Below, in pieces: positions 1 to 16,199 of a stretch of 64,000 nt of DNA. This stretch comes from the human T2T-CHM13v2.0 reference genome, Homo sapiens. Both the position numbers and the translations under genes were made by a program. The DNA lies in NCBI GenBank assembly GCA_009914755.4, contig CP068257.2:23328001-23392000 (forward strand). Reading direction: 5' to 3'. How positions within the stretch are numbered: the first letter of the stretch is position 1; each line of letters starts with the position of its first letter. The notes under the pieces were generated by a model. It was given only the letters and a program-made list of their open reading frames with translations, did no database searches and was not told where the DNA came from.

Positions 1-1684
1 AATGCAGATCAAAATTACTGTCTGATGTATTGGGTTCACTGTGTCAGGCAGAATGGTGTTTCCCCATAGGAGCCCGTTTTGAAGCCTCCATAGCTTATGT
101 ATATATTAGATTAAATAGCAAAGGGGAATTCGAGGTGATAGATGGATATAAGGTTGCAATCAGCTGACTTCAAGACAGAAAATATTAGCTGACTTTAAGA
201 CAGAAAAAATTATCCAGATAAGCAAAATATAATTATAAGAGGACTTCCAGCATGACTGTTGGAAAAATTATTCCCCAGTGAAACTGGTAAAAATTATTTT
301 TTTTTAAAAAACAACTTTTTATAACCCCTGGAAATGATCCTAAAGGAATACAGCAAATGAAGAAACATCCATTCAATTAAATCTAGTAATATTCAGAATG
401 AAAAGCAGGAGTGTGTAGTATTTAAGCAAAGTCCACTCTCCATTGCCCTCCCAGTTCAGAGATATTATCATAAGATATTAAAAACAATAAGATTTAATAG
501 CTGACTTCTCCAATCTAGACTTCCTTAGCCAAGAACAAATGGCATCTTCTCCCACAGCTTCCAGTTGGAGAGCTTTCTTCTAGGGCAGAATGCAACATCC
601 ACATTTCTTCTCCTACTGCCAGTTGTCTCCTGTTGCTGAGGTTGTTTCAGGTGAGAACAGTTGAGAGGCAAGGCCCCCTTCTTCACCCCACCCTCCACTC
701 ATGGAACAGAGACTCCATTTCGGGCACAGTACCTTTAAAAATACTGGAGCCCCAGTTGCCTTACCCTGGATCATAAGTTTCCACACCAAGAAAACCAACT
801 CATGAAGACCTCATGCTACAATCTCCACTTCCATTGGGCACTCAAGTTCAAAAGTAGGAGCATCACTCAGAGAAAGTATCCCATCATCTCAAACCTAACC
901 ACAGAGGCCTAACTCAATATTTTACTAGAGGGAAAAGCAGGCCATAAAACTAATAGCTCCTAGTCTCTTCCCAAAGAAATTGACTTCACTTGCAACAGAG
1001 CACAGGGAAATTCTAGCCTATAGACATGGAGGTCATGGTGAAAAGCAACTGGGAGAAAATAGATTCAAGACATAGGCTGAACGGTAAGCCAGTTCGTTTG
1101 TAGGAGAGAACCTGAGAAAGAGAAAACTTAGAGAAAAAAATATACAACACTGATCTAAGAACCTCCTTCAAAGAAGCCCAAATCTGATTGTATTAGCCTA
1201 TAGAGCAATTTATAACCCAGGACATAGTTGAAAATAGTAGAGCAATCAGCCTCCAATTAATGGGGCATAACAGTTTGCTATCGTCAGGGAAAGAGATGAA
1301 GAGAGCCGTACCAAACCCACTATTGTCTCAAGGTGACTGTGGACATACCAAAAGCTGTGCCCCACTGAAGATTAACATCAGAGGTTTAACAGTGTGGGGT
1401 AGGAGAAAATAGACATCACTAAAATATTCCAGCCCTGAAAGGGAGGAGACTCATATGCAAAGTTGCCGTAATATATTATTCAAGAGGTCTAGTTTCCAAC
1501 AAGAAAATAATTAGGAATGCAAAGAAATGGGAAAGTATGACATATAAAATGAAAAAAGAAAAAGCAGGCAAAAGGAACTGTGAGAGCAGCCAGATATCAA
1601 ATTTAACAGGAAAGGCTTCATGGTAGCCATTTTAAGTATGTTCACAGATTGAAAGGGAACTTTGTTTAAAAAGTAAAGGAAGTC

Positions 1685-1888
1685 ATGATGACGATGTCCA
1701 ACACAAGACAAAGTATCAATAAAGAGATAAAAATTATTATGGAAATTCTGGAGCTGATAAACACAAGAACTGAAATGAAAATTATACTAGATGGGCCCAA
1801 CAGTAGATTTGAATTGGCAGAAGAAGGAATGAGCAAACTTGAAGATAGACTCATTCAGATTATGCAAGCTAAAAAACAGAAAACATAA
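1685..1888 (+). pseudogene. L1 ORF1p coiled-coil fragment (non-functional remnant)
   Basis: The 67-aa ORF resembles the L1 ORF1p coiled-coil region; flanked by stops and frameshifts. Confidence 0.6.
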
Positions 1889-2765
1889 AAAAGAGAAATA
1901 AGGAGCCTCAGGGAAATCTGGGACACCATTAAGTGCATCAACATCCATGTCCATATCCACATCAGACACATCATAGTAAAAATGCTTAAACTTAAAACAA
2001 GGAGAAAATCTTGAAAGCAGCAAGAGAAAATTACAACAAAACAAAACTCCTCACTTTCAAGGGAACCTCAATACGATTTAACAGCTGACTTCTCAGCAAA
2101 AACAATGTAGGCTGGAAGGCAATAGGATATCATATTTAAAGTGTTCAGTTAAAAAAAAAAAAAAGCAAAACCTGTCAGCCAAAAATCTTATATCAGGTAA
2201 ATCTATCTTTCCAAAATTAAAGTAAAATAAGAACATTCCTAGATTAACAAAAACTGAGAGAATGTGTTGCTAGCAGACCCACCTTACAATAAACTCTAAA
2301 GGAGTTTCTTCAGGCTGACGGGAAATAACCCTAGATAATAATTTGAATACACATAGAAAAATAGGAGCTTCAATAAAGTTAGTTATATGATTCCACAAGG
2401 CAGTATAAATCTATATTTTTCTTTTTCTCTTGATTTACAAAGCAGTTGTATAAAATAATATGTTACAATGTATTGTTCGGTCTGTAACACAGAAATGTAA
2501 TAAATTGGTAATATGTTTGCTAATGACAGCACAAAGGAGGTGGGTGAGAACAAACCTACATTGGGCTAAGGAAATGACTGCAGATGAGTAAGTTAATAAT
2601 TATAACAAAGTATCATGAGTTTGTAGGTTTGTAATATTAATACATAAATATGTATAATACCAGTATAACAAAAATAGGGGAAAAAGAATAGAGATAATGT
2701 CTTAGGCATCTCAGGCTGCAATAACAAAATGCCATGGACTAGGAAGCTTAAAGAGTAAACATCTG

Positions 2766-3059
<294 letters not shown>

Positions 3060-3796
3060 GAGTAGACATCTATTTGCTCACAGTTTTTGAGAGTAGATGT
3101 CTGAGATCAGAGTGTCAGCATGGTTGGGTGCTAGTAAGGGCCCTCACCCTGGCTTGCAAATAGCTGCCTTCTCATTGTGCTTCGCATGGCAGAAACAAAG
3201 TGGATTCTGGGCTCTTCGTCTTATAATGGCACTAATACAGTCACGGATGCCTCACCTTCAGAAACTCACTTAAACCTAATTACCTCTGAAAGGTCACACC
3301 TCCTAGTGCCACCACATTGAGGGGCAGGGCTTTAACATAAGAATTTGGGCAAGACACAGGCATTCAGTTCATAAAGAGTTATATAGAAATAATATTCCAA
3401 TATCTTACTAGAATTAAGTTAGCATAAATCTGAAAATTAATATGATAGTTAAAATTTATGTAGTATGCCCTAAAGAAACCACTTTTTTGAAAAACTCAAA
3501 AGATATAGTAAAAATAAATAAATAAATTTAAATGCTTAATTAGAAAATATTATATAATGCAAAAGAAATCAGTAAAGGAACAAAAACAGACAGGAGAAAC
3601 ATAGAAAATAGACCTTTAATATACCTTTATACCTAAATTACCTTTAATATACATGCAGAAATCCTTAACAAAATACTAGCAAACTAAATCCAGCAACATA
3701 TAAAAAGAATTATATACCATGACCAAGTAGGATTTATCCCAGGAATGCAAGGTTGATTAAACATACAACAAATAATTAATGTAATACATTATATCA

Positions 3797-4129
<333 letters not shown>

Positions 4130-6779
4130 TCATATCCATAAACACAGAAAAAGCATTTAACAAAACCCTATATCATTTCTGATAAAAATACTCAATAAAC
4201 TAGGAATAGAAGGAAACCTTCCTCCACTTGATAACGGGTATTTGTGAGAAACCCACATGTGACATCATCCTTGATGGTAAAAATGAATGCTTTCCTCTTA
4301 AGATCAAGAAAAAGAGGACACCTACTCTCACCACTTCTATTCAACACAGTATTTGAAGGTCTAGCCAGAGAAATTAGGGGAAAAAATAAAATGATCCAAA
4401 TTAGAAAAAAATAAGAAAAGCTATCTTTATTCTCAGATAACATTGTCTTGCATATAGAAAATCCTAAGTATCCACTAAAATTATAAATACCCAATGACTT
4501 CAACAAGGTGATAGGACACAATAGTAGTATCAACAAACATCATTTGTATCCCATATATTTATAACAAACAATCCAAATATGAAAGTAAGAAAACAAACCC
4601 ATTTACAATACAATAAAAAAATGCTAAGAAATAAATTTAACAAAGTAGTACTAAAGTTATACTCTGGAAATGGCAACATATTTTTGAAAATTAAAGACTC
4701 TGTACTGAATGGAAAGGCAACTTATATACATGAATCAGGATACTAAATAATTGTTAAGATGGCAGTACTCCTCAAGAATCCCAGCTGACCTCTTGCAGAA
4801 ATTGATGTATTTAAATTGTGCAACCTGGAACGTTTAGCCTCTCTTAACAGAGATTGATGTGTATAGAGCACATTACAAATCTTCCAGACCATTAACTGGT
4901 CTATTTCTACATAGCAGCTTTACCAGCTTGAAAAGATATTTTGCACAATGCTTTTTAAAAACATACAAAAACCAAATATGAGTCTTATTCTTAATACTTT
5001 TACTATTCAGGAAAATAAAAAATGAATTTGTGTTTCCATAAAATTATTTTATTTTAGGCTCACTTCTTCTTAATTATTTTATAGATACTACAGTAGTTTT
5101 CCACTTACAAAAGAAAAAGTTGTCGATAAAGTGGAGGCAGGAGACCCACAATAGTCAAAATAACCTTGAAAATAAAGAACAAGGTAGGAGTACTTCACAA
5201 TTTCAAAACTTCCTACAAAGCAATGACAGTCAACACAGTGTGATGCCAGCACAAGAACAGATGTATATACCAATGGATAAGAATTGAGAGACCAAAAATA
5301 AAACCATACATCCATAACCAATTGATTTTAAATAATTCAATGAAAGACGGAATAGTCTTTTCAATACATGGTACTGAGATAATTGGATAGCCACATGCAA
5401 AAGAATGAAATAAGACCTCTATTTTACACCATATACAAAAATTAACTGGAAATGGATCAAAAAACTAAATGTAAAACTATAACACATTGGAGAAAATATT
5501 TACAAGCTTTTATGTGACAAATGATTGATAGATATGACTCCAAAGGCAGGAAGAACAAGAGAAACAACAGACCATTTGAACTTCATTAAAATAAAAACTT
5601 TTAACATTCAAAGAAAACCATCAAGAAAGTGAAAACACAGCTCATAAAATGGAAGAAAATATTTGAAAGTCATGTATCTGATATGGGTCATGTATCTAGA
5701 ATATATAAAATCTCTTACAACTCAGCAATAAAAAGACAAACCCATTTTGAAAAGGTAAAGAATCTGAATGAACATTTTTTTCACAGAAGATACAAAAAAT
5801 GACTAAAAACACATGTGAAGAAGTTCAGTTTCATTAGTTATCTGGGAAATGCAAATGAAACCACAATGAAATACCACTTCACACCTGCTATGATGACTAT
5901 AATCAAAAAGACAGATAATCAGAAAGGTTGACAAAAATTTGGAGAAAATAGAATCCCCATAGATTACTAGTGGAAATGTAAAATGGTGCAGTCATTTTGG
6001 AAAACGGTCTTACTCTTCCTCAAATGATTAATAGAGTATCCTATGTCACAGCAAGTCCATTCCTAGGCATATACACAAAAGAATTGAAGACAGATATTCA
6101 AAGAAATACTTGTATTTTAATATGTATTTTTAAGTGAATGTTATTATAGCAATATTTTATTGTTATTTATTGTTATAGCATCATTATACTATGATTTCCA
6201 ATAGCCAAAAGGTAAAAATAATCCATAAACAAAGTATGAGTATATCCATATAATAAAATTATATTTGACCATAAAAATGAAGTATTGATAGATACTGCAG
6301 CACAAATAAGCCTTGAAAACATTATGCTAAGTAAAAAAAATTCAGTCCCAAAAGACTATATAATGTATGATTCCATTCGTATCAATTGTGAAGAGTAGAG
6401 AAATTTATACAGACAGAAAGTATATCAGTGGTTGCTTAGGACTGAGGATGGTGGGACGATGGGAGATAATAAAGAAAACTAGGAGTTTCTTCTTGAGGTG
6501 AGAAGAATGTTCTAAAATTGACTGTTGTGCTGGTTGAACAGATCTGTGAGTCATTGAATTGTACACTGTAACTGAGTAAAATGTGTTACGTTAATTAGAT
6601 CTTAAAAAAACTTAAAGTAAGTAGAAGATGGAGGCAAAGGATGCACAGTTGAATAAAGAGAGTGATGACAGAAGCAAGGCATAGTGATGCAGTGTGAGAA
6701 ATGCTTAGCCTGCTTGTGGTGGCATTGAAGATGGAGGAAAAGGGTCATGAGACAAAAACCATGGAAAGCCTCCAGAAGC

Positions 6780-6960
6780 CAGAAGCCTCCAGAAGACTCC
6801 AGAAAAACAGAAGAAATGGGTCCTCCACTAGAGCCTCTAGAATGAAATACAGCCCTTTGTAGTTAGCCCAAGTGAAAACCATGTTGGACTTCTGACCTAC
6901 AGAATTATAAAATAAATCTGTGTTGTTTTAAGCCACTAAAAGTATGGTAATTTGTTACAG
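6780..6960 (+). repeat. Ancient mammalian interspersed repeat fragment (MER-type, motif '...ggacttctgacctacagaat...aaataaatctgtgttgttttaagccactaa...gtaatttgttacagcagcc'); family name not resolved
   Basis: Motif recognised from many human loci; I cannot name the Repbase/Dfam family with confidence. Confidence 0.4.
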
Positions 6961-8387
6961 CAGCCATAGAAAACTAGCATGGATTAACTCTGGTGGTCAT
7001 TTTAATATGCCAGCTTGGATAAGCTACAGTCCCCAGTTATTCAGGGAAACACTAATCTATCTGCTGTTGTGAAGATATTTCACAGAAGTGATTACAGTGA
7101 ATAATCAGTTGACTTTAAATACTGGGGATCATCCTAGATAATTGGAGTTGACCTGATTCTATTAGTCAAAAGGCATTTAAAACAGAACTAGAAATTTCCT
7201 GAAGAAGAAATTCTGGATGTGGACAAAAAATTCACCCTGTGCTTGAGAGTATGACAAGCCCTTCCTGCTGTCCTGTCTACAGACTTTGGATTTGCCTGGC
7301 TGGTCCTCACCATTGCATTATCTAATTGCTTATGACACATTTTTAAATACACTCCTGGTCCTTGTTCTGATTCTCTGCTTCAACCCTAACTGACAGAGTC
7401 ACATTGGGAGTGTTTGGTGGTAACTGTTCCAATAGCTCTTTGTGTCAATTTGTTGTATAATCATCTGTTAGAACTTTTCCTGGGAAGGCAGCTGCATAGC
7501 ACTTATGACAATGATTGAGCAATAGGACATCAGTCTCCTGTGATCACACATTTGAGCACCATAACCATGGGGAACACTATGAGAAGGCTTATGATAAGAG
7601 TCCATAGTTAATTTTGAAGATGAAAGTCAAGAGAGTCATATTAAAGCAAGAGAATAAAACTCCTCATTTATTGCTCACAGAAAAAGATGTAACCAAATTA
7701 ATTTAACTGGTTGTTGACAAAGATATGTAATTTTATGTCTTTGTTTTGTGAGCCTTTTTGTAGATTAAGGCAACCTGAGAGAGATGAAGCTATAAGCACA
7801 ATAGTCCTCTAAGACAACAAATACTTTACTCGCAAAGATCGGTGATAAATCTAAGACACTTTTATTTTGAACCATTCCCTGCCTGATTTCATGCCAGAGT
7901 GCTAAAGCCATAGTGACATGATCTAGTTGTTCTTCTATTCTATGAATTCTAGTCAGGATTTTTCTTACTTTTAGAGAATCATAAAATAAAGGAAAAAGCC
8001 AAAAACCTTTTTCAATTATTAAAATTTTCAAAGTCCAAGTTTCAAATTTTTTCCTTCTTAATTTAAATTATCTAAAGATATCTTTTTAGTAGGGAGAAAA
8101 ATAGAGGCTGAAAGAGATCCTGGGTGAAATCATGGATGCTGTGTGACAGTCTTCAGATCATGGATCTCGTGAGGATAACAGCCAATATGTTGCATGCCTC
8201 AAATCCAATATCAGCCATTAGTGACTAGTAATTTGTTTTCAGCTAGAACACCACATATTCTATTGTGAAATATTATTTTAATAATTTTCTGTCATTCTTC
8301 AAGAGTCGTCAGCATCAGGCAGCATTAATTGTAGTATAGAAAAGGTAGAGCCATTGTACAATGTGGTGATTATAGTTTAAAACAATG

Positions 8388-9047
8388 TATAGTCATTCCT
8401 CTTTTATCCACAGGGGATAGGTTCCAAAATCCCCACTGGATGCCTGAAACCACAGATTATTCTAAACCCTATGTAAAATTTTTATTTTTATATACATACA
8501 TATCTATGATAAAGTTGAATTTATAAAGTAGGCACAGGAAGAGACTAGTAATAACAATAATAAAATAGAACAATTATAACAACATTCTGTTCACAATTTA
8601 ATGGGCAGAAAATTCATTTTTACCATAGATCGTAGAAAACTCAGCATGATTTCTTTTCTTTCCTTATTAAGTAGAGAACTTTCACCTTGTCACTTACAGG
8701 AGATGCCTAACAGTTTCTCTTTGACATATCTGAATTGTGCTTTAGGGACATCATTAAGTAAAATAAGGATTACTTGAACACAAGCACTGTGATACTGCCA
8801 CAGTTGATCTGACAAGCAAGATGGCTACCAAGGGCTTAACACACGAATACCACATACAGCATGGATACACTGGACAAAGGGATAATCCCTGTCCCGGGAG
8901 GGACAGCATGAGATTTCATCACGCTACTCAGAAAACTTATTAATCGTTTAGTTCTTGAGTTTTCTATTTAATTTTTTTGACTGCAGTTTACTGCAGGTAA
9001 CAAAAATCATGGAAAGAGAAACTGTAGATAAGGAGCATTACTTTAGT
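8388..9047. mobile_element. Non-autonomous TcMar/Tigger-like DNA transposon (about 660 bp) with about 25-bp terminal inverted repeats (TIRs) and TA flanks
   Basis: Left end TAtagtcattcctcttttatccacagg; right end ctgtagataaggagcattactttagTA (reverse complement of the left end). The interior resembles the CpG-decayed Tigger-type terminal region ('...gactgcagtttactgcaggtaacaaaaatcatggaaagagaaactgtagataagg'). Confidence 0.5.
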
Positions 9048-11243
9048 ATATACTTGAAAATTGGTAAGAGAGTAGATTTTAAATGTTCTCAGCACAAAAA
9101 TAAGATAAGTATGTGAGGTAATGGATATTTTAGTTTGATTTAGTCATTCCACAATGTGTGTGTGTGTATGAATATGTATCACAAAATTATGTTGTACACC
9201 ATAACTATATATAATTTGTATTTGTCAATTAAAAAAATAAACATTTAAAGATAAATAAAGGAGACATTTGTTCACTATAAAAAAGAAAAAAAAACTTTGG
9301 GTACATCTAAGTCAATAAATGAAGTTGAAAATGTAGTATAGCTCTCTTATAAGATATGTAAAAGTAATACAGCCTCCAAATATACATTATCTATTTCCTT
9401 TTATTTTTCCGGGTCTGTTTTTCTGAAAGTTCTGTTACAAAGGCTGGTTGCTACAAAGTCCTCTTTCTAAATATGATGTATAGGTTTAATCCTGAATTTT
9501 AAGTGTAGAAAAAAGAGAAATACATATAAAGATAAAGAATAATAGCATGCAGATTAAAGTATATGACAAGCTATGTTTAGATTATTTGAATATCGTTCTG
9601 TGTGCCTTGGATCAACAACTTCTTGCAGTTGCCAACTTGTTACAAAGATTATGGGTTGAAGCTGTCACCTAAAGATTGTCCACTTCTAGAAGATTCTTTA
9701 AAATCCTCATTTTGAGGTTTCTAGTTGGAACAGTTTTCTAATTCTTTGAGGATGAATTCTCTTCTCCTAGTAAAGTATATCCAAGAAACAAGTGTACTTT
9801 TAGAGTTATGCTAACTAGTTACAGTACTTGATGAGATGTTTTCATTAGAGTTCAATAACCCTATCTGGTATCTCTTCCAGAAGACAAGATCTTAACATTT
9901 CAGACCATGTAAGCATTATTTAGGAGGATGTTGAAGAAATACTGTATGTATTGATGATGATTAGGTGCATTTTATGAGTTCTTTGCAGTATCAGAGGATG
10001 TCTGCTTGAATTTGACCAGAATGTAGAATCAGAGTAAATTTCTAGGTGTAAGAGGCAGTCTGATTTCAATTCAGAATGGAAGAACAAATAAGATCCTAAA
10101 AATAGGCAATTTCTTTGTCATTAAAAACAATGCCAATACTCTTTGGATTCCTATAATGTCTGAAAGCTTTGTTGATGTTTTAGCTTAAGAATTAATTGTT
10201 CCTTCTATCATTTCTGAAGATTGGGATAATATGGGCAGTAAAGTTTCTGAATAAGCAGCAAAGTGTTGAAAATCTTGTTAGTGACAGTCCCAGTAAAATG
10301 GGTATCTCTGTTACTGCAGAGATAGGTTGGAATTCCCAGAATGGGATAACAAAATCAAGTGGTATTTTTGCTAGTATCAGATCATAGCTCTTTCAAAGAA
10401 AAGCTTCAATCCATCACCAGAATTAGAAAACACTGACAAACATATTCAAAATCAGTTGTGGAGGATAGTAGGACAAAACTTACTTGGAGATGTCCCGAGA
10501 CATTTTTCTATTTTTTAGCTATTTTTCATTTTTCTTCTTTATAATTTTACCAGGACTATGCTGCTGGCGATTGGTGAGATTTTCATCAGCGGCATCGTCA
10601 ACAATTTGGGTCAAACGTTTCAGTAATGCTAGTTGACTACTGCAGCCAAATTGTCCTTGCTATAGTCAGTCAATGCTTTCATTAAAATTTTATGAAAGTT
10701 TCTATTCAAGATTCTCTGGTGCCAACAAACTCCTGAAAGGGCCAGAGATTATTCTCATGCAATTTGCAAGGATGTTTTTTTCTGGTATTTCTTTCTGACA
10801 TTGGAATCAAAACTAGCTTTAAACCATTCAAAGTATTTGGCCTCTTGGACTGTCCTGAGAGCAAGGATTTTTCTCATGGTTTTCTACCTAAACAGCCATG
10901 AATTTTACTTTAACCTCTATGTTATTTACTTTTGTGTACATTGTTGACATTCCCAGTAAAATGCAAAAAAAAAAAAAAAAGAATGTTTATCTGAAGGACA
11001 CTAAAGAAGGTAGAACACAGATTTACAACTATAATGTAATGCAGAAGATAAAATAGTACTTTTATTCAAAACCACAAGAGTGGAATAACTATTTTATTAT
11101 GTCCTTGAGGTGCTTCATACATCAATATCCTCTCCAGGTGACTTTCTTCCGTAGGAAGACAAAATTATTACACAGATAAGTGCAAGCTATGATGAGCTCC
11201 TACTTCTTTAGACTTTGAAATATTGGTTTCAGTGTTTCTTTAG

Positions 11244-11673
<430 letters not shown>

Positions 11674-11930
11674 GCATCTGATAGTTTTAATGTAAGGTCA
11701 GTAAAACATATTCTAGATCCATTTATGCTTTTGTCCAATGGCTCTTTCAAAATATTCATGGAGGTGTGAGAGATGTGGTTCTCATTGAGGTGTTTGCTTG
11801 CATATCATATTCTCCATTTAAAGCTGAAGATAATTTCCCTCATCAAAAAGACTGATCCTAAAGCTAGTTTCACATGTACTTTAGGATCGACTGCTTAATA
11901 CTATCCAAAGACATTTAAATGCCTATGGCT

Positions 11931-12170
11931 GATATCTCCAATGGGCTCATTCTTCCTTTGCCTATAGGCCCAAATTTTATTCCAGACTATTTTCATAGAA
12001 GAGATTGGAGGTAGCCTTCAAAAAATCTTAGAGTTGTTAAAATGCATACTATTATCTCCAATGGGCTCATTCTTTCTTTACCTATAGGACAAAATTTGAT
12101 TCAAGTCTATTTTCGTAGAAAAGACATTGGAGGTATCCTTGAGAAGATCTTAACCAGTATGTATAGCTAA
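11931..12170. repeat. Two-copy tandem duplication, unit about 120 bp, about 85% identical
   Basis: 'atctccaatgggctcattcttcctttgcctataggcccaaattttattccagactattttcatagaagagattggaggtagcctt...' is repeated directly as 'atctccaatgggctcattctttctttacctataggacaaaatttgattcaagtctattttcgtagaaaagacattggaggtatcctt...'. Confidence 0.6.
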
Positions 12171-15100
12171 TTCCAGTGGTTTTTGATGTAATAAGTAGAC
12201 TAGGGTAGTCCTCTGAGGACATGCTGAGGAACTTCCCACTCTACCTTTTCCATTTCATAGCTTGTACTTCTTGTACTTAAGGTCTCTACTACATTAAGCA
12301 AAAATTGGTATAGAGTATAAAGCTCTACATCTTCTTAGAACTAAATTATTCTGTGAATTTGTGAATTTCTTTCTTTCATGTCTTGGCTTTGGAAAGTTCT
12401 TTACAAGAATGAGACTAGGGCTTAAAATCAGCCCTAAGAAGCTACTCTAATTTGAAAGAGGCAATTGAGTTGTGAGGGTTTCTTGTAGAGCAGAAGGGAA
12501 AGGAAGTAGGTCAGAAGTGGGGGGGTCAGAGTGTGATGTAGGATCATAATGGAAGGAAAAGAAATGTGGAAGAAATCTAGTAGATTTGAAATGTGATTTA
12601 GGAAGATAAAAGAGAAAGATAGTTTCATGTTTTTTTCACATTTTTTCTTCTGACTTAGCTACACATTTTTTTACAGAAGTAATTTTGGAATCTGAATTTT
12701 TTTGGAAGCTTCCCCTAGTAATAAAAAATGATAAACATAAGAGGTTTGGAATTTTGCCCCTGTTTTGTTCTAAGGCACTTCTCAAATGAATAATTTTTTT
12801 CATAGCAGAAGCCCCTCCCCCCAAATATTCATTGTAATCCTTAATTATCTTTCAAGAAATTACGGTATTTAGAAAGACAAATACCTAATTAGTGTTATAG
12901 TATGGACACGTAAAAGAAGGTGAAGTCTGTCCCGGAGATGGCATAGACTGACAATCTGATAAATTCATAATTCTTCTCGTGTTCAGGAGTTTTCAAAAAG
13001 TTTCTTCCTGAACCAAACTGTCACAGAAGAATTTAGACAAGACTGTGGCAAGGTGTAAAAAGGCTTTGACAGATAGCCCAATGCAAACGTTTTCCATAAC
13101 GCCTGTCTGACATGGCTTTCTGAATTTATCAGCCCTTAGAGTGAGCTTCAATGAATGGATTTATTAGGTCTATGTCCAATCTCTTCTCTAAGACCTTGGT
13201 CTTATAAGCTTATATCAGAGTATGACAAAGACCTTCCCACTCCATCCCCTAGAAAACTTAAAAACACAGCAGTGTATTACGAGTTAAAGACGGGACCCCT
13301 CCAAGGATGGGAATTTCAAACCTGGTTACAAAATCAACTAATTCCAATATGCATAGAATTGAAAGAAACTAAGCAGTTTGGAGCCTAGGAACCTGAAAAA
13401 AAAAATCAGAGCTCAGACCCAGTCCAAAACTTAGCTCAGTACAGCAGTTGTAGAGGCTCCTGGGAGGATGTTCCAGGCACCTTCACAGAGAATGTTGTTT
13501 AGGATTGAGGATCTCGACCTGTGGTAGTGAGGGGGTTTCAAATGGAGCTACAAAACCTCCAGAATTACCAACTGTTGAATCCTCCAAAGACCAGGAAAAA
13601 AACAAAACAAAACAGGAAAACACTGATCAAGCAAAACTAAACTTTAAAGACTTACTGCAGTCAGAATACCACCTAACAGAGTCTTAACAGTATTTCAGTA
13701 ACTGAATATTAGAAAAAAGTAGGTATAATCTCCTAGGGCCTGAGCTGGGCTTTTCTAAGGCAGATCTTTCAAATTTGAGAATTAATTGGCATTGACAGAA
13801 TTTGTGACTTAATAACTTCAAATTGGTATATACAGCAAGATGAATTGAGTTTTGAGCAGCATACTACTAGCATTGATAAATAAACTATTTCAGTTGGCTC
13901 ACTCTTATCTTCCAGGAATGAATATTTTCTGGGGAAAGCAACTAAGTTATTTTTGCTTGGCCTCAGTGTAACATAGAAACAGAAAAATTACCTGAACCCA
14001 ATAGATGTATTTTTTAACACAAAGATAGGAATTCCTGTTGGTTTCAGTTCTTTGCATAAAGCATTGGTGTCCTCAACATATCAAATTTATTTCTCCCATT
14101 GTTTTTAATGTATTTTTCCCAGTTATCCATTAAAAATAGGTTATCTTTTCAGTGGTTACTAATATTGCCTTCCTTCCATCAATTACAATCATCCCATGCC
14201 TCTGATTTTATGAAAAGTTTCTTAACGGTAGAATTTAGGATTTGAGAAACATTTATTATTTTGAATGTCACTGAAAGCTCTACAAAGTGAAACCAAAGTA
14301 AAAATTGAGGATCTGAATCATAATTAATGGAGATTTAGCTCAAGTGTTTACCCAGATCCTTCCCCTAATCTCTGGATTTCAAGTGAACACAATTGCATAA
14401 ATCCCTTTAATGGTCCATTTTTATGCTAAATGCTCTGCTTTCCTGCTTCTTTCCTACACGCCTACACTGCCACACCAAATTCATTCAAGACCAGGTCGCC
14501 CTATCTAAATCCCTCTTCCCCAACCATCAGGGCAGATTGGTTAAGAAGGTACAAAATATTAAAGAGATTGGGAACTTAGCTGATTTTATTTTCCTTCAGC
14601 TGGTGCCCAGAGTGATACATCATAAGATTCTTGGCTTTTCTGCCTTCTCTGCTTCTGAAAAACCCCAACTAATCTTTTCTAGATCCTGACAATCCTCAGG
14701 ATCTCTAAGCAGCTTCCTCTCCCAAAGTGCAAACACCATAAACAGTAGTATCTCTTTATGCCTCAAGCAGAGGAATGCTTTCTGCCTGGATGACATTTTT
14801 TTAGTTGACCATGATCTTAAGGAGACCATAAAACTCTTGGTTCCCCAAGGGTAAACCTTTGCTTTGAGCCATATCCATGTATCTCTTATTCAAGATGTTA
14901 TTTCAACTTCCTTACTGGCAAAGAAGACTATGGTGTGTCACCTCTCCAAGAGACAAGAGAAAAACTGTCTTGCATGCCTAAACACTATGGTCAGTAACCT
15001 CTATTGGCCATTTAAACTTCTGAATACCTCACAACACAAATATGATTATTCTTACTATTTGATACTTGAGAAAATAGCACATTAGAATGTTAAAAAGCTA

Positions 15101-15213
15101 CTTTTGGTCACATTGCTAGTGAGTAATATGGACAGAATTGGAAGGCTATGCTCTTTTTATTACACTGCTATGTCATCATTGGTAGAACTTTCATGAGTCC
15201 TTACCCTGCATAA

Positions 15214-15266
15214 GCATCATCATTATTATTTTTATTATTATCATCATCATCATCATCATCATTATC
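15214..15266. repeat. (ATC)n/(ATT)n microsatellite
   Basis: catcatcattattatttttattattatcatcatcatcatcatcatcattatc. Confidence 0.85.
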
Positions 15267-15548
15267 ACTTATTCTTTCACTTCTCACAGTTATTCCCTAG
15301 GCTACTTTCTATTTAAGGAGGTAGGCAGACTTTCTCTCCATTTCCTTATTTGAGGATCACAATCTCTTTACTTCAAGATAATTTAATATTACTTTGAATC
15401 TGGGGGAAGTGGCATGTAAAGGACTAAGCTTTATTTATGTTGAGGGTGAGAGAGAGGGAAAACTTACAAGCCTAGGATCAACAAGACAAAGTTGGCATCT
15501 TCCACAGAAGGAGCACCAACCTTTTTTGTTGTTTTTGTTAATTAGTAG

Positions 15549-15946
<398 letters not shown>

Positions 15947-16199
15947 CTTCCTCTATTATTGATATCTTGCATTACTGTGGTGCATTTGTTACGTTGCTAA
16001 ATGAACCACTTGTTAATTGTGAAATGAGCCAATATCAATACATTATTGTTAATCAAAGTTCAGAGTTTATATAAGAGTTCACTCTGTATGTTGTATATTC
16101 TATGGATTTTGCAAACATACAATAACATGCGTCCACCATTGTAGTATCACACAGAATAGTTGCATTGCCCTAAGAAAAAAAAATTCCTGTGTTCCACCA

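Noticed and set aside
12900-13700. 77-aa and 60-aa ORFs (13155..13388, 13505..13687) that looked vaguely gag-like
   Set aside because: I could not find any conserved retroviral gag motif (no MHR, no CCHC). This is probably a chance ORF in unique or ancient-repeat sequence.
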